DNA from: Nitrosopumilus sp.
GTDB taxonomy: Archaea > Thermoproteota > Nitrososphaeria > Nitrososphaerales > Nitrosopumilaceae
Reading direction: 5' to 3'
NCBI GenBank assembly: GCA_965214775.1
Contig: OZ243974.1
Location: forward strand, 2,208,001 to 2,272,000
DNA length: 64,000 nucleotides
Shown: in pieces, positions 1 to 10,043 of the stretch
Numbering within the stretch: the stretch's first letter is position 1
Layout of the letters: the number at the start of each line of letters is the position of its first letter
Position numbers and translations under genes: made by a program
Notes under the pieces: generated by a model
The model's database searches: none
The model's input: only the letters and a program-made list of their open reading frames with translations
Told to the model about the DNA's origin: nothing

Positions 1-196
1 TAAGCTCGTCAAACAAGTCACCGCCGTTTGGATATTCGATAAAGACGGTCTTTAGGTAACTTACCTTAAATGGGGATGACTCGTTGTTTGGATTGATTCT
101 GGCATCTAATTGGGCTCCCCATGCAGAAGAAAAGGAACTGCCGCTAATGGCAACAAGACTTGCAAGTAAAACTGTTAACAGAATGGCCCTAGACAC
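1..196 (-). CDS. Exported hypothetical protein, 5' part (runs off the window)
   Basis: GTG at 196; manual translation MSRAILLTVLLASLVAISGSSFSSAWGAQLDARINP... has a signal peptide and stays open to the edge. Confidence 0.7.
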   Translation of the reverse strand, partial: MSRAILLTVLLASLVAISGSSFSSAWGAQLDARINPNNESSPFKVSYLKTVFIEYPNGGDLFDEL

Positions 197-296
197 GTGT
201 AAAATCCGCAAAAAGGAGTAATAAACTTATCCTAATTGGAGTTTGTTGCATAACTCGATTTTTTTTGCTTGAATTCGTCCTAAATGGTAAATCCAG

Positions 297-433
297 GGAG
301 GTGATCCGAAACTAGAAACCGTGCAAATTTTTCGAATAATTTCGCAGATAATTCGTATTTTGCTGATGTTTCAGACTGGCTTGTGCGGTCTCGCTCACAC
401 ATAATCAGAATCTGCTAACTTTGGATCAATTCC
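297..433 (+). mobile_element. MITE family 1 copy (137 bp)
   Basis: Imperfect TIRs ggaggtgatccgaaactag / ctaactttggatcaattcc; colinear with 2566-2702 and 53601-53735. Confidence 0.8.
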
Positions 434-569
434 CTGCATGCATGGTCAAAACAGCGCATGATTTGAGATAGAGCCTTGGTCTGACTAACATATAATCTAG
501 ATCGGGATATTTTTGAAAAAGTAATATGTGGAGTGATGCAAGTAGATTGCAGTTTTAGGGGAAAATGGC

Positions 570-1493
570 ATGATGATTACAGTATTAGCAGGGGGGACAG
601 GTTCGGTCAAACTCGTCAGAGGCCTAGTCTCCCAGGAATCCAAAGTAAACGTGATTAGCAATGTCGGAGACAATTACTGGCTGTATGGCCTGTACATCTG
701 CCCGGATATCGATACTATCGTGTACGGGTTGGCAGACTTGCTTGATCAGGAGAGAGGATGGGGAATCAAAAAAGACACCTTCAACTTTTTACGTCAAATG
801 GAAGTCTTTGGAGAGGATACGTGGTTTGGAATTGGGGACAGAGATGCCGCAACCCATTTGATCAGAACCAACATGCTGAAGAACGGGAGAAACCTAAGCG
901 ATATTACGCAATGGATGTGTGAAAAGTTTGCAGTAAGTACAAGTATCATTCCGGTTACGGACAACAGCATTGAGACAAGAATCATCACAAACAAAGGAGA
1001 ATTACACTTACAAGAATATTGGGTCAAACACAGAGGAAGAGATCCGGTAGAGGGAATCCAATACATCGGAGCTGACAAGGCTCGTCCAAATCCAGAAGCA
1101 GTAAGCGCAATTCATGACGCAGATATGGTAATCTTGGCACCGGGCAACCCGTTGACCTCGATTGGTCCAATGTTGCAAATCAAGGGAATCCGAAAGGAAC
1201 TATCAAAAACAAAGAAAAAAGTTGTGGCTGTAAGCCCGTTAATCGGAGACAAATCAATCAGCGGCCCTGCAGACAAATACATGCAGGCAGCAGGAATAGA
1301 ATCAAATGCATACGGATTGGCAAAGATGTATTCGGATGTGTGTTCCAACATTGTTGTAGACACCAAAGACAGAATGCTATCTAAGAAAATTCAGAGTTTG
1401 GACATGAAAGTGTTTGAAACCAAAATCACGATGAAAAACAAAGTGGCCGAAGACGCTCTAGCAAATTTCATTTTGAAACAAGTGCATGTATAA
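570..1493 (+). CDS. cofD: 2-phospho-L-lactate transferase (F420 biosynthesis)
   Basis: LAGGTG, NVGDN, CPDIDT, GDRD, PGNPLTSIGP motifs. Confidence 0.93.
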   Translation: MMITVLAGGTGSVKLVRGLVSQESKVNVISNVGDNYWLYGLYICPDIDTIVYGLADLLDQERGWGIKKDTFNFLRQMEVFGEDTWFGIGDRDAATHLIRTNMLKNGRNLSDITQWMCEKFAVSTSIIPVTDNSIETRIITNKGELHLQEYWVKHRGRDPVEGIQYIGADKARPNPEAVSAIHDADMVILAPGNPLTSIGPMLQIKGIRKELSKTKKKVVAVSPLIGDKSISGPADKYMQAAGIESNAYGLAKMYSDVCSNIVVDTKDRMLSKKIQSLDMKVFETKITMKNKVAEDALANFILKQVHV

Positions 1494-2133
1494 CTTGAAA
1501 ATATCTGCAATCATTCCTGTAAAGACCTTTTCAAACGCCAAAACACGTTTAGACTTGCCATCCGAAAAAAAAGAAAAGATGTGTGAAATTATGTTAGAAG
1601 AGATTGTTCATACAGTCTCAATTTCACCCCAGATAGAAAAAACCATCATTGTAACAAAAGAGGAAAAGGCAGTAGAGATTGGAAAAAGGCATAACGCAGA
1701 GATCATAATTGATGAAAAAGAAGAGAGTGTCAACAGCGCAGTCTCTCTTGCAGACAAGTATTTGCTAGAAAACAATTTTCATGCATCAATTGTTTTCCCG
1801 CAGGACATCCCGTACATCAAAACACAGGACATTGATTTTATGATGAATTACAAAATGCATCCAAACTTTGCAATCGTTGTGCCGTCACGAAGATTTGACG
1901 GGACAAACGCACTTGTCAGGATGCCCGTAGACCTGATGGAGACCCATTATGACGAAGACAGCTATAAAATTCACATGAATGCTGCAAAAAAAAAGACGCT
2001 CAATGTTGCCATGGTCTTTGTTAGAAGAATCATGTGGGATGTCGATACCTCAAAGGATCTGGAATTTCTGCTAGAGCAGCCAGAGAAACCGGACTTTGCT
2101 AAAAAAGTAAAGAAAATTTTGGAATCAGGGTAG
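1486..2133 (+). CDS. cofC: 2-phospho-L-lactate/PEP guanylyltransferase
   Basis: IPVK..AKTRL, QDIP, DGTNAL, DVDT motifs; overlaps cofD. Confidence 0.92.
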   Translation: MYNLKISAIIPVKTFSNAKTRLDLPSEKKEKMCEIMLEEIVHTVSISPQIEKTIIVTKEEKAVEIGKRHNAEIIIDEKEESVNSAVSLADKYLLENNFHASIVFPQDIPYIKTQDIDFMMNYKMHPNFAIVVPSRRFDGTNALVRMPVDLMETHYDEDSYKIHMNAAKKKTLNVAMVFVRRIMWDVDTSKDLEFLLEQPEKPDFAKKVKKILESG

Positions 2134-2565
2134 AAAAATCGCAAAAAAGAGATCAAAAGCAGCGTTTTTCGCACCTGTTGGTTCCAAAAAAAAAAACAAC
2201 TTCATATGCAAAGTAGACCAAAGCAGGCCGGCACGCCTTTTCTTCTCTGCCTTTCTATGTGTCGGAGCGACTTTTCCTCCGGTCTTTTCTTCATATTTTT
2301 TGATTGATCCGGTCTGAAATAATCCTTCAAAATACGCCTTAGTTGGAATTAATTTTACTACAATACACAACTCCGGTTTCCCTCCAAACCGTTATTTGTC
2401 TGACGGGCCGAGGATAATCAATGCTTGGCCTCGGACATGCCACCTTTTGTACGGGGCGCCTCCTGTCGGCAAGACACGGGCATCTCTTCCTACTTGTGGT
2501 CATACTGGCGCTTTCTGCGTATGTTCATCTGTGGAACCCGGCAGGATTTCCGACGTGGCACGCAG

Positions 2566-2702
2566 AGAGATGATCCGAAATTAGAAGCCGTGCGAATTTT
2601 TCAAGTAATTTCACAGATAACTTGTATTTTGTTGGTGTTTTGAGCCGTTTTATGCAAATTCGTCCACAAATAATCAGAGTCTGCTAATTTCGAATCAACT
2701 CT
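2566..2702 (+). mobile_element. MITE family 1 copy (137 bp)
   Basis: TIRs agagatgatccgaaattag / ctaatttcgaatcaactct; abuts a 5'-truncated transposase. Confidence 0.85.
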
Positions 2703-3477
2703 CTGGGACGAACCCATACCGGATCACAGCACCCTTGGAAAGTTCATGCAAAAGATTCCCCACAAGTGGCTGGAGGAGATTGTGGCAGAAGCCGCGCGAA
2801 GGTGCCTTGCCGGATATGACCCGTCGACGCTCATGCTTGCAGCCGACAGCATCGGCGTCGTTACAGACAGAAACGACAAGGCCAAAAAGAGGAAGGATCT
2901 GGTGCCCAAGACCGGCAAAAAGGCCGAAATTACGCACGAATCGGGTGCAAAAAAGGCCGAAAGAAAGAGAAAGGCCAAGCCCTACAAACAGTACCTAAAG
3001 TGGCATGTGGCATCCGTACTGGGCCTGCAGGTAATCCTGGCATGCCAGATTACCTCAGACAGAATGGCAGACACTACCATCCTAAGATCACTCTTGCAGA
3101 GAATTGGAAAGATCGGACTAGGATTCTCCGGCATCTTCAACGCCGACAGGGGATACGATTCAGATGAGAACGTAAGGCTCCTCAAGGAATCTGGAATGAA
3201 ACCAAACATCAAACTAAGGGCCAATGCAGTCCACACCAAAAAGAAACACAGAAAGGAAGCTTCCAAGATGTTTGATCCGGAATCCTACAAGATGCGCGCA
3301 ACAATAGAGGGAATCTTTGGTGCAGAGGAGGCAGAGAACCACAGGCTGATGTGCAGGTTCAGAAAGGCATCTACCCGCCGAAGGTTCGGTTTGTGCAAGG
3401 CAATAGGGTGGAACCTTGAGGTGCTAAACAGACTCAAGTGTGCCGCAAATCTCGGGATACCGGTGGAGGCAGCATGA
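2703..3477 (+). pseudogene. IS5/IS1182-like DDE transposase, 5'-truncated at the MITE; element right end near 3497
   Basis: Frame is open upstream of ATG 2746 (PDHSTL motif); AADSIG, ADRGYDS, R..IEGIFG; end gaattaggaaacaaccc. Confidence 0.8.
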
Positions 3478-3499
3478 AGTGAATTAGGAAACAACCCCG

Positions 3500-4213
3500 G
3501 TGCTGGCAGTATCTGTCACAAGTGATGCAATCGGCGACAGCACGGAACTGCCTGCACTGCTTGAGGATGCAGTCAAGAACATCAAGGAAGAAGAGGAGCA
3601 GAACCGCACCGACAGCGCGGATGCAGTCAAGAACATCAAGGAAGAAGAGGAGCAGAACCGCACCGACAGCGCGGATGCAGTCAAGAACATCAAGGAAGAA
3701 GAGGAGCAGAACCGCACCGACAGCGCGGATGCAATCAAGATCCCCAACATGCTTGCCGACGGGACATCGCCGCTGGCTGTACTCGACACCGGCGCGAATC
3801 CAGATATACCGGGAAAGATCCTGCTTGCAGACGGCGGATACGGCTCAAGGAAAAACGTAGCCGAGTGTCACAGGCGCGGCATAAAACCGCTCATACGGCT
3901 TTTGACAAGTTGCAATGCAAAGGGCAAGGGCACCGGCGACAAGTGGGGCCGGCTGGTGCGATGGCAGCTCGGGGGCGGCCCCGAGGTGCCTGTGGGTGAT
4001 CTCTCAAAGGAGGAAAGACAGGAGAACCTGCGGTACTGGAAGAGCACGGTAGGCTTTGGCAGCAGATGGATCGTCGAGATCGTGATATCGGCCATAAAGC
4101 GTATGTTCGGCGAGTGCGTAATGGCCCTCAAGTGGTCCAATATAGTGCAGGAAGTAAAGCTGAGGATATGGCTGTACAACAAGTGGATTGCAGAGGCGGT
4201 GGCTGCCGTGTAG
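3500..4213 (+). pseudogene. IS5-family (IS903-like) transposase, C-terminal half; right TIR near 4261-4279
   Basis: LADGGY and RWIVEIVISAIKRMFG; first catalytic Asp region missing; end tttgcaacaaactac resembles IS903-group TIRs. Confidence 0.8.
3565..3733 (+). repeat. Perfect 54-bp tandem repeat, 3 copies plus a partial, in frame (DAVKNIKEEEEQNRTDSA)
   Basis: Units start at 3565, 3619, 3673; partial at 3727. Confidence 0.97.
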
Positions 4214-4339
4214 GAACCGGGCGCCGGTCATGATCCGGGCGGACTGACTTGGCTCTAGTCGGAGTTTGCAACAAACTACGATCATCGGCAGACTTATATA
4301 TGATGATTTAGAAAATGTTAAATATTATCATAAAAGGTT

Positions 4340-5263
4340 TTGGGAGATATAAAGATGGTTAAAGGAAGAAATCCAAAGGAAAGGTGTCCAAGATGTGGAC
4401 AAGGCACCCTAGTTACAGATGCCAACACCGGGGAAAACTTTTGTGGAAAATGTGGCTTTGTAATTACGGACAAGGTTGAAGAGTCGGGGCCAGAATGGCG
4501 CTCATTTTCAAACGAAGGCGAAAACAAGAGCAGGGCAGGGGTTCCAACATCGCTTGCAATGCACGACATGGGACTAGCTACGGTGATCAATCCCCAGAAC
4601 AGGGATGCGACAGGCAAGCCACTTACTGCATCAATGAAAAGTACGATTGAGAGACTCAGAACTTGGGACAGCAGAAGCCAGGTTCACGAGCCAGTTGACA
4701 GAAACTTTAGACAGGCATTCAGTGAGTTAGACAGACTAAAAGACAAACTTGCAGTCGGCGATGCAGTCATTGAAAAGGCAGCCTACATTTACAGAAAGGC
4801 GTTGGAAAAAGGACTGGTCAGGGGACGCTCGATTTCTGCCTTGATTGCATCTGCGCTGTATGCAGCGTGCAGGGATACGGAAACCCCAAGAACGCTAAAA
4901 GACATAGGACAGGCAAGCAACATCAAAAGAAAAGACATTGCAAGATGCTATCGTTTATTGCTAAGAGAATTGAGTTTGAAAATGCCAGTCGTTGATCCGA
5001 TAAAATGCATCTCAAGAATTGCAAGCAAAGCTGGGCTGTCAGAGAAGACAAAAAGAAAGGCGACAAAAATTCTACAAACAGCAGAAGAGAACAAAATTTC
5101 GGCAGGAAAAGATCCCATGGGACTGGCAGCGGCTGCACTTTATGTTGCATGCGTGACTAACGGCGAAAACAAGACGCAGAGAGACGTTGCAGAGGCCGCA
5201 GGAGTTACCGAAGTTACAATCCGAAACAGATACAAGGGATTGAAAGTTGCGCTAAACCTCTAA
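4340..5263 (+). CDS. tfb: Transcription initiation factor IIB
   Basis: Zn ribbon CPRC...CGKCG, GPEWRSF, two cyclin folds, GVTEVTIRNRY. Confidence 0.97.
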   Translation: MGDIKMVKGRNPKERCPRCGQGTLVTDANTGENFCGKCGFVITDKVEESGPEWRSFSNEGENKSRAGVPTSLAMHDMGLATVINPQNRDATGKPLTASMKSTIERLRTWDSRSQVHEPVDRNFRQAFSELDRLKDKLAVGDAVIEKAAYIYRKALEKGLVRGRSISALIASALYAACRDTETPRTLKDIGQASNIKRKDIARCYRLLLRELSLKMPVVDPIKCISRIASKAGLSEKTKRKATKILQTAEENKISAGKDPMGLAAAALYVACVTNGENKTQRDVAEAAGVTEVTIRNRYKGLKVALNL

Positions 5264-6256
5264 CTCAGACTTCCTTTTGGAATAAAACCTGCCTGCCAGC
5301 AAGACAGCAAGGGAGATTCCGCCGGAGACCAGCAACAACAATTCCAATGAGGACATTAGGGAATGGGCAAACGCATTCTCAATCGAAATGGAATTTGTCT
5401 GCGAAACAAAGTTTGCATATGCAAAAATAAAGTAGTTTGTAGCCCAATGAATCAAAAGAGAGGCCACAAATCCATACCTGAGATAGGCCCATCCCAAAAT
5501 GACTCCGCCAATTGAGGCCTGGGCAAATTTTCCTTCGCTCCAAGAAGACTCTCCAAAGGCAACATGTGCAAATCCAAACAGTACGCCAACAAACACAATC
5601 AACAAGATTGCTTTTTTTGAGTCAACGATGTCAAGTTTTGACGGATTCCACAAGATCCCCGCAAAAAATCTCAGGGAAGTGCGTCTAGAATACATCATAA
5701 AGAGGGGGATTCCAATCAGCAGGATCCTAAATCCAAGTTCTTCAATCAGGGGAGCCAGACTGACATAAAAAAACTGCACCAAGTCATTGTCTGCCGAAGG
5801 AGGAGGAGGGATAGTCGAAATCCCAAACCAATCCTGAACAAAAGTTACAATTGCAGATGCAAAAACGAGTATTGAGAACCATTTGGTAATTCCAAGCATA
5901 TAGTTTGAGGAATCTATCTGTCCGTGAGAAATTATCGGAGAAAGGGATTCCAGAAAATTATGTCTTGGGCCTAGAATGGAAATTACAAAAATAATGACAT
6001 AAAATGTCCACAACACGACAAACGCATCTCCAACACTCACATCTATTGGAGATTGGTAAAAGCCAGTACCCTCAAAAAGCTCCAGGTAAGATACAGGAAA
6101 TTCATAGTTGATGTCGCTGCCAATATCGCTCTCAAACACAACAAAAACCCCCATTGGCAATGAAACCAAGAGCAATCCAAAGACCACAGATAATATTGCA
6201 GAGTAGGGAATGCCAAGGGCCTGAAGTACTTTGTTGGATGATGATGACGGTTCCAA
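5252..6256 (-). CDS. CPBP (Abi/CAAX) family intramembrane protease
   Basis: EELGFR, FGFAH, HWATN motifs; multiple TM helices. Confidence 0.85.
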   Translation of the reverse strand: MEPSSSSNKVLQALGIPYSAILSVVFGLLLVSLPMGVFVVFESDIGSDINYEFPVSYLELFEGTGFYQSPIDVSVGDAFVVLWTFYVIIFVISILGPRHNFLESLSPIISHGQIDSSNYMLGITKWFSILVFASAIVTFVQDWFGISTIPPPPSADNDLVQFFYVSLAPLIEELGFRILLIGIPLFMMYSRRTSLRFFAGILWNPSKLDIVDSKKAILLIVFVGVLFGFAHVAFGESSWSEGKFAQASIGGVILGWAYLRYGFVASLLIHWATNYFIFAYANFVSQTNSISIENAFAHSLMSSLELLLLVSGGISLAVLLAGRFYSKRKSELEV

Positions 6257-6264
6257 TTTGAAAA

Positions 6265-6573
6265 CTAGTGCAACTCTATGCTTTCCTCCGGAAAGCCCAG
6301 ACCAATCAAAGTGTCCTTGATTGTATCTCGATGATCGCCTTGCAAGAAAATGTAGCCTTCCTTGGCAGTACCGCCGCAGGCGTACTTGTTTTTTAGCTCC
6401 TTTGCAACGCTTTCTAAATTGTTCAGTTTAGGATCCAACCCCTCAATCATGGTTCCTTTCTTCTTAAACCGCCTAGTCTCTAATCTGATAATGATTTTAG
6501 TACTATCTTTGGCAAGCTCGCCACAAGCACAAAGGTCGTCGGGAAGACCACAAGTATTACAAATTACCGCCAT
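6265..6573 (-). CDS. Translation initiation factor aIF-1 (SUI1)
   Basis: CNTCGLP..LC, ELKNKYACGGT, LQGDHR. Confidence 0.93.
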   Translation of the reverse strand: MAVICNTCGLPDDLCACGELAKDSTKIIIRLETRRFKKKGTMIEGLDPKLNNLESVAKELKNKYACGGTAKEGYIFLQGDHRDTIKDTLIGLGFPEESIELH

Positions 6574-7018
6574 GCGTTCGAATACAATTCAATTATTCAC
6601 ACTATTAAGCCTTGTTTGATATCTGGCCTTTCCAGACGTACACGGTATGAGGTCACGTCCCCTTACTGGCTAGGCGTGGAAATCATAATTGTGCATACCA
6701 ATTCGTGCTTGATTGGTGGGGATAGGTGACCACATACCGTACACGACTCGTGGAAGTTGAGACGGCAACATGCAGATTTGCAGGCAGCTTGGTCTGGGCT
6801 GTTTGACGGTTTGGAGTTGCTTTTAGGCTGTTTTTGGGAAGACTGCAGGCCAGCCAGGTGAAACGTGCTGAAAAAATCTAGCAAAAACAGAATCTAGGCA
6901 AGAAACACGATTCCTGGCATGCCTAACAACAAGACAGAAACGAATATTCTGACTCGCATTTTGCTTGACTGATCAAAACAATTGTGTTTTTTAGGCAGAT
7001 AGCAGAGTGAAGATCATC

Positions 7019-7366
7019 ATGTCTGAGGATCTGACAAAAAAGGCAGCAGAAATGCTGCTCAAAGGGGCCACGCTGCTGAGTGAACCGTGCCCCTACTGCA
7101 AGGGAGTCAGAGTCATGAAAGGGGGGCATGCATTGTGCATTAGCTGTGGAAGAGAACCTGAACAAAAAAAAGTTCCAGGGGCAGAAGAAGAAAAGGGGGC
7201 AGACAAGCCAAAGTCACAGCTAGAGATCACGCTTGAAAAGAAGATGGAATCCTTGTCAAAAGATCTAGAAAACGAATCTGATCACCAAAGACAGCATGAA
7301 ATTCTAAGACTGATCAACTCAACGTTAGAAACTCTGGAGAAGCTCAAAAGCAAACAACAACAATAA
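7019..7366 (+). CDS. UPF0148 / Sjogren autoantigen-like Zn-ribbon protein
   Basis: AEMLLKGATLLSEPCPYC...CISC. Confidence 0.8.
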   Translation: MSEDLTKKAAEMLLKGATLLSEPCPYCKGVRVMKGGHALCISCGREPEQKKVPGAEEEKGADKPKSQLEITLEKKMESLSKDLENESDHQRQHEILRLINSTLETLEKLKSKQQQ

Positions 7367-7401
7367 AGTTTTTATGTCAAAATCCTTGCTTTCGAATTGT
7401 A

Positions 7402-7569
7402 ATGAGTAGCAAAAAGAAATCAGCGCCACTTCCGGCATCAAGTGGAGGTCTCATGAGGTTCTTTGAAGATGAGACAAAAGGGTTCAGAATTGATCCACGT
7501 ATTGTGGTGTCAATACCAATCAGTTTAATCGCAGTCTCATGGGTTATCGATATATTTCTGGCTCCGTGA
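7402..7569 (+). CDS. Preprotein translocase subunit Sec61beta (not in the ORF track)
   Basis: Manual translation MSSKKKSAPLPASSGGLMRFFEDETKGFRIDPRIVVSIPISLIAVSWVIDIFLAP; GL.RFF..E motif plus one TM helix. Confidence 0.9.
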   Translation: MSSKKKSAPLPASSGGLMRFFEDETKGFRIDPRIVVSIPISLIAVSWVIDIFLAP

Positions 7570-7574
7570 AGGCC

Positions 7575-9323
7575 ATGGAAAACCAGCCAGATGACGTTTC
7601 AAACATACATAACAGGTTCTCCCTTACACTAATCAACCCGTCGTCGCATTATTTCTCACTAGTGGCATCATTGGTCATAGTGGCAGCAATCACGCTTACA
7701 GCATACTTTGCATATTTGCCAGACTTGGATTTTGATCAGGCTTGGCACAGGCTTCCGGCAGTTGCCGCGGTCTTGGTTTTGACCCAATTGCTGGATACCA
7801 GATTTACAAAGAAAAAAGAGTATTCAAAATCCCTCCATTCCTCACTGTTTGCAAACATGCTGTGGATTGCAACAATGCTGTTTGGACTGCTTGCAAGCGT
7901 GGTACTGGTCAAAGATACATCCTTGTTTTTCATCACTCTTGGAATGTTTCTTTTTGCAAGTTTTAGGATTGGAATCTACACCACAACGCTGGGTGCAAGC
8001 TTGAAGAAGGCCTGGGCCATCTGTTTTGTCCAGCCAATGGCGATGTTTCTGGCATTACTCCCGCAGGATCTGTGGATTCCAATGCTAAGCGACCCCCTTG
8101 CGCTGGGATACGGTATCTCGTTTTTGATTCTGGCAAGCGTGTGGTCTTTTATGACAGACAGGGCCGGCAGGCCAGGAATGCAAAGCACGCACAAAACAAT
8201 CCAGGCATATCTTGCATCACAGGGAAACGACTTTACAGATGCCGAAGAAATCATGGAAGACCGCTCTAGTGATGCCAGAGTATCAACGTCACAAATCAGG
8301 CTGTCCACGCCAAAAGGAGACAGGGAATTCAGGATGGTACTCCCTGAAATCCACCCCGGCCCATACCATCCTGTAGGCGGAAGCAACATTCCATATTTGA
8401 TATACAAAAACTTGGCATCATCTGCCATGGTCATGCACAGCATCTCTGATCATGCGCTAAATCTGCCATCAAGAAACGAGGTTGAAAATTATCTTAAAAG
8501 TTTGGAAAACAGCAAAATCAAGGAGGAAGGCCTGCAGTGCACAGAGCCAGTTACCGTTCAGATAAACAAATCCCGTGTGATTGGATTGCTGTTTGGAAAC
8601 AATCCCTTGCTCTTTTTGTCGCTGTCACCGCACGGAATGGAGGACATTCCAAGTTACATGAAAAACGAGATTGAGCAGTATGCAGAAAACAGAAATTACA
8701 AAAAGACAATGATCGTAGACTGTCATAATGCAATGGGCGAGGAGATCTCAAAAGAAGACGGCCAAGACATGCTAAAGGCGGCCAAATCCTGTCTGGACAC
8801 CCTGATTTCAAAGGAGATCTTCCCAATAGAATACGGATATGCAAATTCAGATGACATGGATGTCTGGACAGAAGATCTTGGAATGGGGGGACTGGGAGTC
8901 GTATGCCTGAAAATCAACAATAAAAAATACTTTTTTGGTTGGGCAGATGCCAACAACATGGAAAACGGGGTTCGAGAAAAAATCGTTGAAAACTTTGCAA
9001 AAAGGGACTGCCAACTACTAGAAATCTGCACGTCTGATACTCACTATCAGCCAGTCAAAGCCAGAAACAAGAACGGGTATTACCAACTCGGACTGATCAC
9101 GGGGGCAGACAAACTTTCAAAGTGGTTCTTGGAGATTGCAAGGAATGCAGAGTCCGGTGCGGCCACTGCAAAGTACGAAATCTTGGAAAATGAAACAAGC
9201 GTAAAAGTCATGGGCAAAGGAATTTTTGAAGACTATTCAAAGGCACTGGATAACTCGTTGAAGATCACAAAAGGTTTTGCCATTGGCGGATGTGTGTTGT
9301 TTGCAACTAGTCTTTTTCTATAG
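7575..9323 (+). CDS. DUF2070 family membrane protein
   Basis: N-terminal TM bundle; HPGP, VDCHN, DANN, TSDTH motifs. Confidence 0.85.
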   Translation: MENQPDDVSNIHNRFSLTLINPSSHYFSLVASLVIVAAITLTAYFAYLPDLDFDQAWHRLPAVAAVLVLTQLLDTRFTKKKEYSKSLHSSLFANMLWIATMLFGLLASVVLVKDTSLFFITLGMFLFASFRIGIYTTTLGASLKKAWAICFVQPMAMFLALLPQDLWIPMLSDPLALGYGISFLILASVWSFMTDRAGRPGMQSTHKTIQAYLASQGNDFTDAEEIMEDRSSDARVSTSQIRLSTPKGDREFRMVLPEIHPGPYHPVGGSNIPYLIYKNLASSAMVMHSISDHALNLPSRNEVENYLKSLENSKIKEEGLQCTEPVTVQINKSRVIGLLFGNNPLLFLSLSPHGMEDIPSYMKNEIEQYAENRNYKKTMIVDCHNAMGEEISKEDGQDMLKAAKSCLDTLISKEIFPIEYGYANSDDMDVWTEDLGMGGLGVVCLKINNKKYFFGWADANNMENGVREKIVENFAKRDCQLLEICTSDTHYQPVKARNKNGYYQLGLITGADKLSKWFLEIARNAESGAATAKYEILENETSVKVMGKGIFEDYSKALDNSLKITKGFAIGGCVLFATSLFL

Positions 9324-9942
9324 TCTGCATCTGGTCAATATTCCCATAAAACTCGTCAACAAACGAAGAAAACTGGAAAATCGGAACTATTGGGACTCTG
9401 TCTATAAAATCAATCTTGTCCTGATACAATGTCACGATTACAGGCACGGCAACGGCGCCTTCGGTCTTGGCAACATACTGCTTGGTTCGCCTGATCTGCT
9501 TGGATACAACGGTGGCAAGCGATGAGGGGCTGTGTCTCTTCCAGTGTTTGCAGTCAATCAGCATTGCGATGCCCAATCTGATTCCAACAACATCAATTTC
9601 CATGCGAGGCTTTGTCATCCTCATATTTTTTATCACGGCAAAGTTCTTGGATGAGAGTATCTCGCCGGTCAGCCCCTCAAAATCCCTCCAATCCAGGGAC
9701 TCGGAGATTTCGTCTATGGGAAACCCGTTTTCCAGCATGCTCAGCGAAATCTTTAGCCTTGCACCGGATTCAAAAAAATAAAACGAGTTTTCAAGCGAGC
9801 AAAAGCCATTCTCTGCAAGCATGTCCAGGATTGTCTCGCAATCAGGTTCAGGCAAGGACGTGGCAGCTGAGAAATCCTCGACAGTCACGCCGTCTTGAAT
9901 GATTCCCTTCAGCCCCAAAACCATCTTAGAGTGAAACTTCAT
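9307..9942 (-). CDS. wHTH plus PD-(D/E)XK restriction-endonuclease-like protein
   Basis: WRDFE, EIDVV, IDCKHW. Confidence 0.75.
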   Translation of the reverse strand: MKFHSKMVLGLKGIIQDGVTVEDFSAATSLPEPDCETILDMLAENGFCSLENSFYFFESGARLKISLSMLENGFPIDEISESLDWRDFEGLTGEILSSKNFAVIKNMRMTKPRMEIDVVGIRLGIAMLIDCKHWKRHSPSSLATVVSKQIRRTKQYVAKTEGAVAVPVIVTLYQDKIDFIDRVPIVPIFQFSSFVDEFYGNIDQMQTIEKD

Positions 9943-10043
9943 CTGATCAATATCGCCTACGGGACGATATAGGTTTTAGGAGGTGCCAAAGTCGGGGGGG
10001 AATCATAAAATAGATTTTATTACAAGCAAAACAAGCTGGGAAT

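Noticed and set aside
3565-3733. 54-bp repeats as a CRISPR array
   Set aside because: Head-to-tail with no spacers, and in frame within a transposase
238-4279. Composite transposon carrying cofDC between IS903-like ends at 238 and 4279
   Set aside because: The ends are similar and face inward but no TSD flanks them; more likely independent relics
6663-6884. 73-aa ORF with CTVCGH
   Set aside because: No recognisable family or start context; probably decayed sequence
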